Below the pieces are notes generated by a model. That model was given only the letters and a program-made list of their open reading frames with translations. It was not told the DNA's origin and ran no database searches. The position numbers and the translations under genes were made by a program. From contig NC_086097.1 of the NCBI RefSeq assembly GCF_963921235.1, positions 226,984,001-227,048,000 on the forward strand: a stretch of 64,000 nucleotides of DNA. The letters run 5' to 3'. The stretch's first letter is position 1. Every line of letters starts with the position of its first letter. Of the stretch, positions 24,753 through 36,583 are shown piece by piece. The DNA is from Mobula hypostoma (lineage: Eukaryota).

Positions 24753-25701
24753 TGTTCCTCCTATGCTATGAGGGAAATCAGGACAATTCCAGTGTATCTA
24801 GTGACCAGATGTGTAGAATATTGTTGAGTGCCTTTTTGCTACATTTTATAACAAACAACAATTAACTCAGAGTGGGTCAATCATATGCGCATTTACTTTA
24901 CTTGCAGCAAGGGAAGACTAGCACTGCACAAGAGCCAGTGATAGCTGCAAAAAAAAACAGACAGCTACCCGTGCCTCAGTTCAAGCAAAGGGTGCATTGT
25001 GTTCATTTGCTTAATCAGTATGTTTGCCATTTTTCCAGTAACGCGTCTGCTGGTCTGCAGTTTGTCAAGGACTCAGGTTCCATCAGCATAACGTTGTCCG
25101 AACACTATGAGGAAAACACACTGATACTACACAGGTTTCATTTTGTTACAGACAAAAATGCCACTTTGTTACTACAAGTAAAGTACATTTTCGCAATGTG
25201 GGTCCAGCTGCAGCTCCTGACTGACTATATTGCCTAGGTAGAGGTGTGGTTGGTTTCACTATGGAGATGTACTCTATTGAATATCAGTGGGAAAAGATAG
25301 TTTTTAGGGGTAAAACAACAGAGATCAAGTTTGTGGCATTATGAATGGCTGTGTTGCACAGGAGAAGAGGAGAAAAAATAGGAGAGCTGTAGGTATAGGG
25401 GGTTTCAGTTGTCAGAAGAGCAGACAGACATTTCTATGGTGGCAAACAGGATTCCCAAGGGAGGTTGCCATTGTGGTGCTGAAGTCAATAATGCCTCAGA
25501 AAGGCTATGCAACATTCTAAAAGGGAAGGCTAAAGTGCGTCATCCATTTTGATACTAACGTAAAAGAGGGTTGAGATCTTGCAACATGAATTTAGAGCAC
25601 TAGTTCATAGATGAAAGAACTGGACTTCTAAGAATGTAATCTCAGGAGATTCCTGTGGTCACACATGCTAATAACTATAAGAATAGGAGGATGTGTCAGA
25701 T

Positions 25702-26564
25702 TGTTACGTAACCGGCAACAATGAATATCAATCGAGACAGGTTATATAAAAACAACCAAACATTTATTAAACACGGATAAACGATAAAAAAAAACAAACG
25801 AAAACCTTAACTGGAAGTTAACTGCTAATGCAGCTGTTCAACAAATCATCACTCGGCACTGGTTCTTAACGCGTTAAACGCGAAAACAGTGAAGTCAGAT
25901 ATAGTTCTTAAAATGGTAAATTCGAAAGTTCAACAGATTTATACGTTCAATTGGGAGAGACTTCTCTGGAGAAGGATTTCTTCATAGACACGACTTTCCT
26001 GCTGGTTCTGTCCACAGGATTCATGATGCTGGAAATAAACAGTTTAAAACAACTGACCTTAAATTCTTCTCGAGAGCAAATCCTGCATGAACTCCTTACC
26101 CTTTTGGCAAGGGTTGTCTTTGATGCAGGTCACTACTCCTTTATCGAAGACTCAATAAGGTCGATCCTTTTTGCTGAACGATGCCGACTCCTCTCAATCC
26201 TTCGGGTCCTGTACTTTGATCAAGTCTTCACTCTCCCATACTACTGCTGGAATAAGGTACATCAACACATCTAGCAAAAATTGCCAATCCAGCCCTATTG
26301 TATGTTGCAACAGAACCTCACAACTGTTTTAAAAATGAAACTGCGTCATAACAACAAATACGCAACAGAAACGGAGACACGGTACGTTCTAACTGGAAAT
26401 CTAAAAACTAAAAACCAACTGCATCATCTGGGGTCTTACCTTATATACTTGTGGTGCACGTCATCACGTGACCTCACGTGGGTGGGAAAATTACATCAGG
26501 TGACCTCCAAAAGACATATCATTCTCACAAAAAAAAATCACAGATCTCCTTGAGGCATGTAACA
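25702..26564 (-). mobile_element. Solo LTR (TGTTA...TAACA), same family as 6017-6910
   Basis: 5-bp TSD CAGAT at 25697-25701 and 26565-26569. Colinear with 6017-6910; minus-strand AATAAA near 25765. Confidence 0.88.
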
Positions 26565-27414
26565 CAGATGAATGTGTGTCTAAAATAATGTGTAGGAGGG
26601 AGAGCTTAAGACTTCTGGATTGACGGGACTACTGGGGAATGTGGGTCCTGTACCAGTTAGATAGGTGCACTGAACCATAACTGGACTGACATCCTAGCAG
26701 CAAAGTTTGCCGTTGTCATTGGAGAGTGTTCACAGGGAATCAGTACAGATTAGATGAGCAGTTCAAGGGGTGCTGCTTTGTAATATTGAACAAAATTAAG
26801 TCAGTCCAGTAGGCAGAGAGAACATGGGCATGTTAAATTATATGAGAAGAATTCCAGGTTAAATTGTAGTTAATTTAATTTAAAGAGTCTGACTAATAAG
26901 GCGGATGAACTTAGACCATAGATCGGTACATAGGAATATGATAATTATGACTATCACGGAGACATGGTTGCAGGAAGGACAAGACTGGAAGCTCAGTATT
27001 CCACAGTATTGGCTCTTCAGGTGTGGCAAACTTGCTGGGGGTAGGGAGTGGGGAATGGTGGTAATATAGAAAAGAATGCAGCTTGTGGTTCTGCAGTATT
27101 GATTAAGAGTCCCCTGCTGTAATATGAGGGTAGATATCCTGGAAAGCTCTTCAAATGAAGCTGTATGTGTAGAATTTAGAAATAAAAAAGGGCCAATCAC
27201 TTTGTTGGCCCTATACCAGAGGTCTCCTAACATTCAGTATGGCAAATCACAGAAATGCAAGGAAGTATTCTTGTAGGGATTTCAGCTTCCTCAATTTTCC
27301 CTGGAATTGTTTTGCTGTGAAAGACTCGGCAGAGGTGAGGGGGGCTGGTTAGTAAAATATTTGAAGTGCATCCTGGAGAGCTTTTTGAGACCAGATGTAG
27401 AAAGGACAGTACTG

Positions 27415-27658
27415 CAGGTCGACCTTCACTGATCCAACTACCTGTAATCCGGTTACTTCGATAATCCGGCGCTGATTATGCTTAATGTTATCCTTCTGTA
27501 ATTTGGCACTTTCACTAATCCGGCACTTCTCAGGCCCCAATGGTGCCAAATTAGTGAAGGTTAACTATTGCTTAATGTGATCCTTCTGTAATTCGGCATT
27601 TTCACTAATCCGGCACTCCTCAGGCCCTAATGGTGCTGGATTAGTGAAGGTCAACCTG
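27415..27658. mobile_element. Tigger/pogo-like MITE with an internal ~90-bp tandem duplication of its right end
   Basis: TIRs CAGGTCGACCTTCACTGATCC / GGATTAGTGAAGGTCAACCTG followed by TA; 27480-27568 is repeated at 27570-27658. Confidence 0.75.
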
Positions 27659-27854
27659 TATTTCTAATCTTGTAATGGTGAAAGGAAAGGAAATAAGTTT
27701 AGGGAGTCCTGAATGTCAATTGATATCAAGGGCTGGAAAAGTGGTGGTGGGGGGAGGCAAGCATATGACAAATATAGAGGACTATAAAAAGAGAGGCCCT
27801 TCAGGAATTTAGGAAGTGTTGGAAAGTACTTAAAAGAAATCAGGAGGGCAAGGC

Positions 27855-28725
27855 TTCAATAAGCTTCAAGACTTTGGCCTCAATATCTCCTTCTGCAATT
27901 GGATCCTCAATTTTCTCACTTGCAGGCTCTAGTCAGTTTGGATTGGCAACATCTGCTCTGCTATCCCTGTCAGCACTGGTGCACAACAAAGCTGTGTGCT
28001 TAGCCTCCTGCTCTACTCACTTTATACTTATGACTTGAGGCTAAGCACAGCTCCAATGCCATATTTAAGTTTGTTAACGGCACCACTGTTGTTGACCGAA
28101 TCAAAGGTGGTGATGAATCATCATATAGGAGGGAGATTGAAAATCTGGCTAAGTGGTACCACAATAACAGCCTCACACTCAATGTCAGCATGAACAAGGA
28201 ACTGATTATTAACTTCAGGATAAGGAAGCCTGAGGTCCATGAACCAGTCCTTATTGTGAGAGCAGAGCAACTTTAAGTTCCTCTGTATCTGTCCTGGGCC
28301 CAGCACTTAAGTGCCATAATGAAGAAAGCATGGCAGTGCCTGAACTTCCTTGGAAATTTGTGAAGATTTGGTATGACATGTAACACTTTGACTAACTTCC
28401 ATAGATGTGTGTTGGAGAGTATATTGACTGGTTGTTTCAGGGCCTGGTATAGAAACACTAATGCCCATGAATGGGAAATCCTACGGGAAATCCTACAGAA
28501 AATAGTAGCTATGGCCCAGTCCATCAAGGGTAAAGCTCTCCCCACGATAGAGCAGATCTACACAGAGCACTGTTGCAGGAAAGCAGCATATATTATTAAA
28601 CACCCCCACCTCCTTGGCCTTGCTCTCTTCTTGCTGCTGCTATCAGGAAGAAGGTACAGGAGCCTCAGGACCCACACCACTAGGTTCAGAAAAAGTTATT
28701 ACCCCTCAGCCATTCAGATTTTAAT
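27855..28725 (+). mobile_element. L2/Rex1-type LINE RT 3' part
   Basis: CVLSLLLYSLYTYD, FHRCVLESILTGC and SGRRYRSLRTHTTRFRKSYYPSAI. Confidence 0.8.
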
Positions 28726-29685
28726 AATTGTTTAAGAAAAAACACTTCTCTTTCATTCTTTATCTTGCTTATATTATAGTGAACATTATTTGGACTCTGC
28801 ATTTCTCTCTGAGAACTAAAAAAAAGCCCAAATTCTAGAGATCTGAAATAAAAATTGCCAGGAAAACAGGAGGTCAGACAGCATCCGTGGAAAGAGGAAC
28901 ACTTAAACATTTCTGGCCTGGGACCATACATCAGAACATTTTCTGTTAGATCTCTTTATTTTACTTGGTTGAAGAAATAGGTCACTATTTTTTCATAATC
29001 CCATTAATTCCCCATAGAGGATACCACATTGATGATAATCATTCTAAGCTGTTCAAAATATTTGATAGAAACTTAGTTAGAAAGGTGGTTATTTTCCTTC
29101 ATAGCTTACTGCAAAATCAGATCTCATTGTTCTGAAGTGTGGTAAGGTTCTTCACATTTGGAAGCTCTACAAATTTGAAAAACAGTATGATTCATTTACT
29201 GATTCATATAAGAATATAGCAAAAGTTACTAGAATCTGTGGTTTTGAAATACAGGTGTTATCAGTCTCTTCACACTTATTTTCATTTGACTAAAAGATTA
29301 TCCCTGAGGTATGAAGTATAATCACATTGATGCAGAGGCCCATCAACAACTTTTCTGTGCTAATTAAATACTTAACTTTTAGGATAGCATTTTCCTTCTG
29401 ACAAGGAGCTAAATATGGTGAATGTCAGAAGAGTTAGTCAATGCAGAGTTACTACATCTAAACAAAAGGAAAATATGATGGACACTTGACATAGTAAGCA
29501 AGACAAGGATATGCTGGAACACTTAGAAGGTTAAGCAGCATTGATAGAAGGAGCAACAGTAAAGATTTCAAGCTAATGACCTTTATTGAGCTGAATAATA
29601 TTCGAGCCTGGTAGGTCCGGACATATTATAAAGATTGACAAAAATGGAGGAGAGGAAATTGGAAAAATACAAAGATGATAGGGTA

Positions 29686-29782
29686 ACATACATCAAAGTT
29701 GCTGGTGAACGCAGCAGGCCAAGCAGCATCTATAGGAAGAGGCGCAGTCGACGTTTCAGGCCGAGACCCTTCGTCAGGACAT
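29686..29782 (-). mobile_element. ~97-bp PLE micro-insertion: hammerhead (29746-29780) plus 3' terminal segment only
   Basis: TSD TGATAGGGTA at 29676-29685 and 29786-29795 (13 bp allowing one mismatch). Nearly identical to 854-948. Sits inside an older PLE-like terminus starting ~29510. Confidence 0.88.
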
Positions 29783-30371
29783 AGGTGATAGGGTAGCAGT
29801 AAAGGGTGATTAAGTAATTGTTCAATGATACCAGCCAAAAAAGGGTTATAGTGGACAATTAAAAGAATAGAAAGTGAGTCCAGAAGAGAATATTTATAGC
29901 AAAACAGTAGGTTATGTTAGCTTTATTTGTCATGTGTACGTTGAAACATACTGGGAAATGCGTTGTTTGCATCAACAACCAAAACAATATCTGAGGTGTG
30001 CTGTGGTAGCCCATAGATGTCGCCATGCCAACGTAGCATGCCCTTTACTAACCCTAACTTGTACATCTTTGGAATATTGGAGGGAACTGGCGAACCTGTA
30101 ATGGGCTGGGTTGATCAGCCCAAAATAAACCAAACAATTTTAGTGTCCAGGAGATGTGGTAATAAACCTACAAGCACAACAAAGTAACTTAAGCCTAATT
30201 TATTATCATAAAATAAAAAGCACAAATATACAACCCAAAATACTATATAGTAAGTTACAAAGGTTTCAGGGCTCATGGTTCGTAGTCTCTACTTGATCGT
30301 TACAGTCGTCAAGGACTAGGTTGTTGGTGTCGTCAGAGGAACTCCGAATTCCGACTCAGTCAGTGTATCAA

Positions 30372-30547
30372 GACACAAATGCTGGATTCTGTTGCAACAG
30401 CAATCTGTTAGAAAATCTCAGTTGGTTAAGAATTACCTGTGGTGCAAAAGGAATTAAAGTCCTGCATTGACCCAAAATGTCAATAATTCATTTTCTATCT
30501 ACAGATGCTGCTCGAACTACGGGTTTTCTCCAGAAGATGATTTGTTA
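30372..30547. mobile_element. Ancient two-armed PLE terminus remnant
   Basis: Left arm ATGCTGGA... in reverse orientation; right arm TTGACCCAAAATGTCAA...ACAGATGCTGCTCGA...CTCCAG. Confidence 0.5.
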
Positions 30548-31260
30548 TTCAGTGTGTCTTGTGTTTGCATGCATCCATAAAACATCTTTTGTTAGCTAGC
30601 AAATACCAACTAAGTATAGCTGCAAAGTACCTTGAACTTTTGATGCTTATTAATTGCCATGGAACAAATAGGATTTGATAGGTGAAAGGGTGGGGGAGGT
30701 AGGATTCAGGGTTAGAATTCCTTGTATCTTTTGTCATTCTGTCTGACTCCTAGATAAAATCAAGCCTTTGATATTGAGGATAGGTATGGTCCTAGAGATT
30801 TTTGCAGCATAAGGGAACCTGGAAAAACTTCAACTGAACAAAGTATTAAGCGAAAGTAAGCAGAACTACCCAGTAAATCATACAGTGTTTTCTGGAACGA
30901 GGAGCAGTAAATAAATCAGGTCAACAATCTTTTATCAAAACCAGTACCTCTGTCATATTTCAAGAATCTACAATACAGTTTTAATTATTGGGCACAGTTG
31001 TGGTCTTTCATAATACGTGAACAAAACATTGCACGCAGTGAATGAAACAAAAAAGAATTAGAATTACTTTAATGAAACTGGCTGGGTCTTTTTTTTCTGA
31101 GTAGATTGCGGGATGTTCTTTTTATAAAAAGTACCTTCCAGTAGTGAGGATGTCCAAAACTGGTGGACGTAAATAATTGTTGAAATATATTCAATGATAA
31201 GTTCAGCAGTAAGTTCTTTAAATTCAGACTGGTGAGGATATGGAATGTATAACAATGGAA

Positions 31261-34200
31261 ATCATCATCATCTTCATCAGGTGCTGTGCCCAGTTTGAGC
31301 TTTGACTGCCATGGCCCACACACTCCTGTTTCAGGTCAAGTGGATCAATTCATTGGTATTCACTTCCATTTCTCTGGCTGTTGTCTCCATCATTATTTGT
31401 CTTTGTCTTCCTCTTGCTTTCTTCCCTTCAATCTTTCCCATAATTACCGTTCATTCTAATTCCTCTTTCCTAATCACATGTCCAATAAAGTTACGTTGCC
31501 CTTTCATGATCTCATGCATTATTTCTCTTTTTGTGTTTGCTCTGTTCATGATATCCTTGTTAGATATTTGTTTTGTCCATGATATTCTTTGCATCCTCCT
31601 CAAAAACCACATCTCTGCTGTTTCAATTCATTTCCTAATGTTCCTAGATATTGTCCAGCATTCTGGGCCATATAATGTAACTGAATAAACGTAACATTTC
31701 AGTATTGTGAGGCGGATTATCGTGCCTAGTTTAGTATTGGTCAGTATACTCTTCATTCTCTTAAAGGTGTCTTTTGCCATCCCTATTCTTCTTTTGATGT
31801 CCATGTCGCACCTGCCATCTGATGTCACCCAGCTTCCTAAGTAGCAAAAGTTCTGTACTTGTTTTATGTCTTCCCCATTTATTCTCAGCCTGCAGATAGG
31901 ATTCTGCTTCTTTTTGGATAACACCATACATTCTGTCTTTTTGCAATTGATAGATAGACCCATTTTTGCACTTTCTTCAACAACTATATCAATTAAGTTT
32001 TGTAGTTCTTCCTTCGTACTTGTAATTAACAGTGTCATCTGCAGATCTGTAATTATTGATGTTTTCACCGCCAACTTTGATTCCCAAGATGCTTCTTATT
32101 TTTTGTAATATTGTTTCACTGTACACATTAAATAAATCAGGGGAGAAAACACACCGTTGTCTAACACCTCTCTTGATTTTCGTAAACTAACTCACTTCAT
32201 CTATTCTTACAGAGGCAGTTTGTTCCCAGTACAGATTTCTGATTAGGCGGAGGTCTTTCACATCTAGATCTGGAGTTTCTGTAATATTTCAAATAACTTA
32301 TTGTGCTTCATTTTATCAAATGCTTTTGTGTAGTCGATAAAACAAACAAACAAATCTTTTTTGTACCTGAATAGCTCATTCTGATGGTATCCTTAACATC
32401 AATATTGCGTTTCTTGTACCTTTGTCTTTCACAAAACCACATTATTCTTTACCTATTTCAGCTTGTATCTTACTTTTAGCTCTTGTCATCAAAATTCTTT
32501 GAAGTATCTTGGTAATATGACTCATTAAACTTATGGTCCTATGTAATTCACATTCTATTGCTCCAGGTTTCTTAGGAAGAGTGATAAATACTGATTTTTT
32601 TCAACTCTTGTATTATTCCAGTCTCATAAATGTCACTGAATAAATCAGCAAACACGAAGAAATCTAATGCCATCCCCTTCTCGTAATTCCTCCATCTCTG
32701 CCGCATCTGCTCTCAAGATGAGGCTTTTCATTCCAGGACAAAGGAGATGTCCTCCTTTTTTAAAGAAAGGAGCTTCCCTTCCTCCACCATCAACTCTGCT
32801 CTCAAACGCATCTCTCCCATTTCATGCACATCTGTTCTCGCCCCATCCTCCCGCCGCCCCACTAGGAATAGGGTTCCCCTGGTCCTCACCTACTACCCCA
32901 CCAGCCTCCGGGTCCAACATATAATTCTCCGTAACTTCTGCCACCTCCAACGGGATCCCACCACTAAGCACATCTTTCCCTCCCCTCCCCCTCTGCTTTC
33001 CGCAGGGATTGCTCCCTACGCGACTCCCTTGTCCATTCGTCCCCCCCATCCCTCCCCATCGATCTCCCTCCCGGCACTTATCGTTGTAAGCGGAACAAGT
33101 GCTACACATGCCCTTACACTTCCTCCCTCACTACCATTCAGGGCCCCAGACAGTCCATCCAGGTGAGGCGACACTTCACCTGTGAGTCGGCTGGGGTCAT
33201 ATACTGTGTCCGGTGCTCCCGCTGTGGCCTTCTATATATTGGCGAGACCCGGCGCAGACTGGGAGACTGTTTCGCTGAACACCTACACTCTGTCTGCCAG
33301 AGAAAGCAGGATCTCCCAGTGGCCACACATTTTAATTCCACATCCCATTCCCATTCTGATATGTCTATCCATGACCTCCTCTACTGTCAAGATGAAGCCA
33401 CACTCAGGTTGGAGGAACAACACCTTATATTCCCTCTTGGTAGCGTCCAACCTGATGGCATGAACATTGACTTCTCTAACTTCCGTTAATGCCCCTCCTC
33501 CCCCTTGTACCCCATCCGTTATTTATTTTATATATATATATTTTTTTCTCTCTCTCTCTTCTTTTTCTTCCTTTGTCCCTCTCGCTATACTCCTTGTCCA
33601 TCCTCTGGGCTTCACCCCTCCCCCTTTCTTTCTCCCTAGGCCTCCCGTCCCATGATCCTCTCATATCCCTTTTGCCAGTCACCTGTCCAGCTCTTGGCTC
33701 CATCCCTCCCCCTCTTGTCTTCTCCTATCATTTCGGATCTCCCCCTCCCCCTCCCACTTTCAAATCTCTTACTAGCTCTTCTATCAGTTAGTCCTGACGA
33801 AGGGTCTCGGCCCGAAATGTTGACTGTACTTCTTCCTAGAGATGCTGACTGGCCTGCTGTGTTCCCCCAGCAACTTCTATGTTGAATAAATCAGTAAGTT
33901 TTTCAATTCCATAATCTTCAAGGGTGATAATTTGTTCTATTACTAATTCATCAGGACCTGCTGCCTTTCCTTTCTTCATCTTATTTATTGCATTAGGAAT
34001 TTCAGCTTTTAAAATACTTGGACCTTCAATGTTTTTCTTTATTTCTGGCTTTTCGCCTGGATCGTCTTCAAACAATTCCTGAATATACTCAGTCCATCTG
34101 TTCATAATCTCATCTTTTTCCATAATAATGGTACCATCCTTTGCTTTCAAACATCCACCTGAAAAACAGGGGAACTTTTTATCAGTGATATTCTTGATTT

Positions 34201-35192
34201 GTTGATGTATCCTTTTTGGATCAGTAATAGGGATTATTTCTATTTGCTCACATTTCTGGTTTAACCATTCTTCTTTGGCTTTTTGACACAAGCTTTTAAC
34301 TTTTCTATCTAAGGACTTATATTCTATAGGATTTGCTTTCTTTCGTCTCCTTCTTCCATTAGGTTTTTGATTTCATCTGTGATCCATTTATTCTTTGTGT
34401 TTTTTTCTTTTTTAGGAATCACTGACTTTGCTGATTCTACCAAGGCATCCTTTAGAGAGTTAAACTTCACTTCTACATGATTGCTATCATCTTCAACAGA
34501 TTTTATTTCTAGACTTTGAACTCTATTCCTTACTTCAATTGTAAATTTTTGTCTTAAGTTTTCTTCTTTAATTAATTGCAAGTAGTCAAGGGATTGTTCA
34601 GGTTTTTGCTTCTTTAGTTTTTTAAGTTTTACTTTTACATGACATACTACTGGGTTATGGTCACTATTACAGTCTGCACCTGGATATGTTTTGCATTGAG
34701 TCACTGAGTTTCTAAATCTTTGGTTTCTAGTAATAAAGTCAATTTGATTTCTAGTGTTATCACCTGGGCTTTTCCAGGTCCACAAGCGTCTTGGATGGAC
34801 TTAATTATTCATCTTGCACTATTCTACCCGTTTCTCACCTCTTTCATTTCTTTCCCCTAGTCCAAATTTTCCTATGGTATTTCCATCAGTACCTTGTCCT
34901 ACTTTAGCATTTAGATCTCCCATGACAATAACAATATCTTGAGATTTGCATCCATTCTTTGCTTGTTCAAGCTTTTCATAGAATTTATCTATATCCTCAT
35001 TTCTTCCATCTGTTGTTGGTGCATATACCTGTATAAATGCTAAATCAAATGGTTTCCTCTGAATCTAACAAGGAGCACTCTGTCTGATATTGCCCAATGT
35101 CCTAAAACACTTTTTGCCATGTTTTTATCCACGAGAATTCCTACTCCATTAGTATGGGATGTTCCACAAGAATAAATTAGTGTTTCATTTCT
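31261..35192 (-). mobile_element. RTE-clade LINE (APE plus RT, degenerate) with (GAT)n tail
   Basis: WTWKSPGDNTRNQIDFI, KAAGPDE, GLSINCKKTECM and FCYLGSWVTSDG. TSD-like TATAACAATGGAA / TATAATAATGGAA flanks within an older CR1 3' end. Confidence 0.9.
32649..33882 (+). mobile_element. PLE insertion in the RTE: RT C-terminus, GIY-YIG and terminal repeat, with a 17-nt inverted tail fragment at the left end
   Basis: 12-bp TSD TGAATAAATCAG at 32637-32648 and 33883-33894. GIY-YIG at 33163-33489; decayed hammerhead at 33790-33825 (GAAATGTT). Confidence 0.9.
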
Positions 35193-35511
35193 ATAATAAT
35201 GGAAATAACTGAGATAAGTATCTTTATATGTTTTAAATGGCATAGTTTAATTGAGAATGGAATTTAGTAAAATACATTGGGAGATAGAAATAAAGTGAAA
35301 GGTGCAATGATTACCTGAATCTAAAGTTTAGAAGTGGTAAGTAATGATGTTACACTGAAAAATATAAAAATAAGTTATCTGACTTAATTGAGTTCATAAA
35401 TGATAATTTTAAAAATTAATCATGAGTTTGGTTCCATCAATATAATTAAAATTAATTTATATTTATGTATTGAAATAATATTGAATTAAAGCAGTTAGAA
35501 TTATTTATTAA

Positions 35512-36149
35512 ACTGAACTGGACTGGTCTAAGAACACTGAGGCTGTCTACAAGAAAGGTCAGAGCCGTCTCTATTTCCTGAGGAGACTGAGGTCCTTTAA
35601 CATCTGTCGGACGATGCTGAGGATGTTCTACGAGTCTGTGGTGGCCAGTGCTATCATGTTTGCTGTTGTGTGCTGGGGCAGCAGGCTGAGGGTAGCAGAC
35701 ACCAACAGAATCAACAAACTCATTCGTAAGGCCAGTGATGTTGTGGGGATGGAACTGGACTCTCTCACGGTGGTGTCTGAAAAGAGGATGCTGTCTAAGT
35801 TGCACGCCATCTAAGTTGCATGCCATCTTGGTCAATGTCTCTCATCCACTACATAATGTACTGGGTGGGCACAGGTGTACATTCAGCCAGAGACTCGTTC
35901 CTCCGAGATGCAGCACAGAGTGTCATAGAAAGTCATTCCTGCCTGTGGCCATCAAATTTTACAACTCCTCCCTTGGAGGGTCAGACACCCTGAGCTGATA
36001 GGCTGGTCCTGGACTTATTTCATAATTTACTGGTGTAATTTACATATTACTATTTAACTATTTATGGTTCTATTACTATTTATTATTTATGGTGCAACTG
36101 TAACGAAAACCAATTTCCTCCGGGATCAATAAAGTATGACTATGACTAT
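35512..36149 (+). mobile_element. Rex1/Babar-like LINE 3' part
   Basis: LRMFYESVVASAIMFAVVCWG; AATAAA plus (GACTAT)n tail; same family as 41066-42960. Confidence 0.88.
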
Positions 36150-36349
36150 TAAATATTTATAAAACTAAAGTTACAAACCTTTCAAAAATATTAATCATTT
36201 ATTGAAATAACTGGGTAAAGTGCCAGGTAGGTGGATTAGTGTTCCATGTGTTTTAGACTCTACTAGGATGCTTCTCTGTGCTGGAGATACCAGGCCTAGT
36301 AGCGCAATCTCAAAACAGAGGCCATTAATTGTTAAGATAAGCAATCTAT

Positions 36350-36583
36350 TAAAAGCTGGAGGAACTCAATGGGTGAGGCGGTATCTATGGAGGGAAATGG
36401 ACGGGTGATATCCTGAGTACAGATGGAGCGTGTTGACCTGAAACATTGACTGAGTCCAGATGAAGTGTCTTACTCTGAAATGTCGACTGTCCATTTCATT
36501 CCATAGATGCTGCCTGACTTACTGCTCTTCCAGCTTTTTGTATGTTGTTTCAGTTCCCAGCATCCGCAGACTCCTGTATCTCC
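36350..36583. mobile_element. Old two-armed PLE terminus with two tandem decayed hammerhead motifs
   Basis: Reverse arm ~36350-36410, then AGTACAGATGGA..GAAACATTGACT and AGTCCAGATGAA..GAAATGTCGACT, then a tailed terminus. Confidence 0.6.

Larger units (their letters stand above)
25290..27850 (+). mobile_element. Highly degenerate CR1 ORF1/ORF2 5' region hosting a solo LTR and a MITE
   Basis: APE remnants YDNYDYHGDMV / ITETWLQEGQDW and CVEFRNKKGPITLLALYQRSP. Confidence 0.6.
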
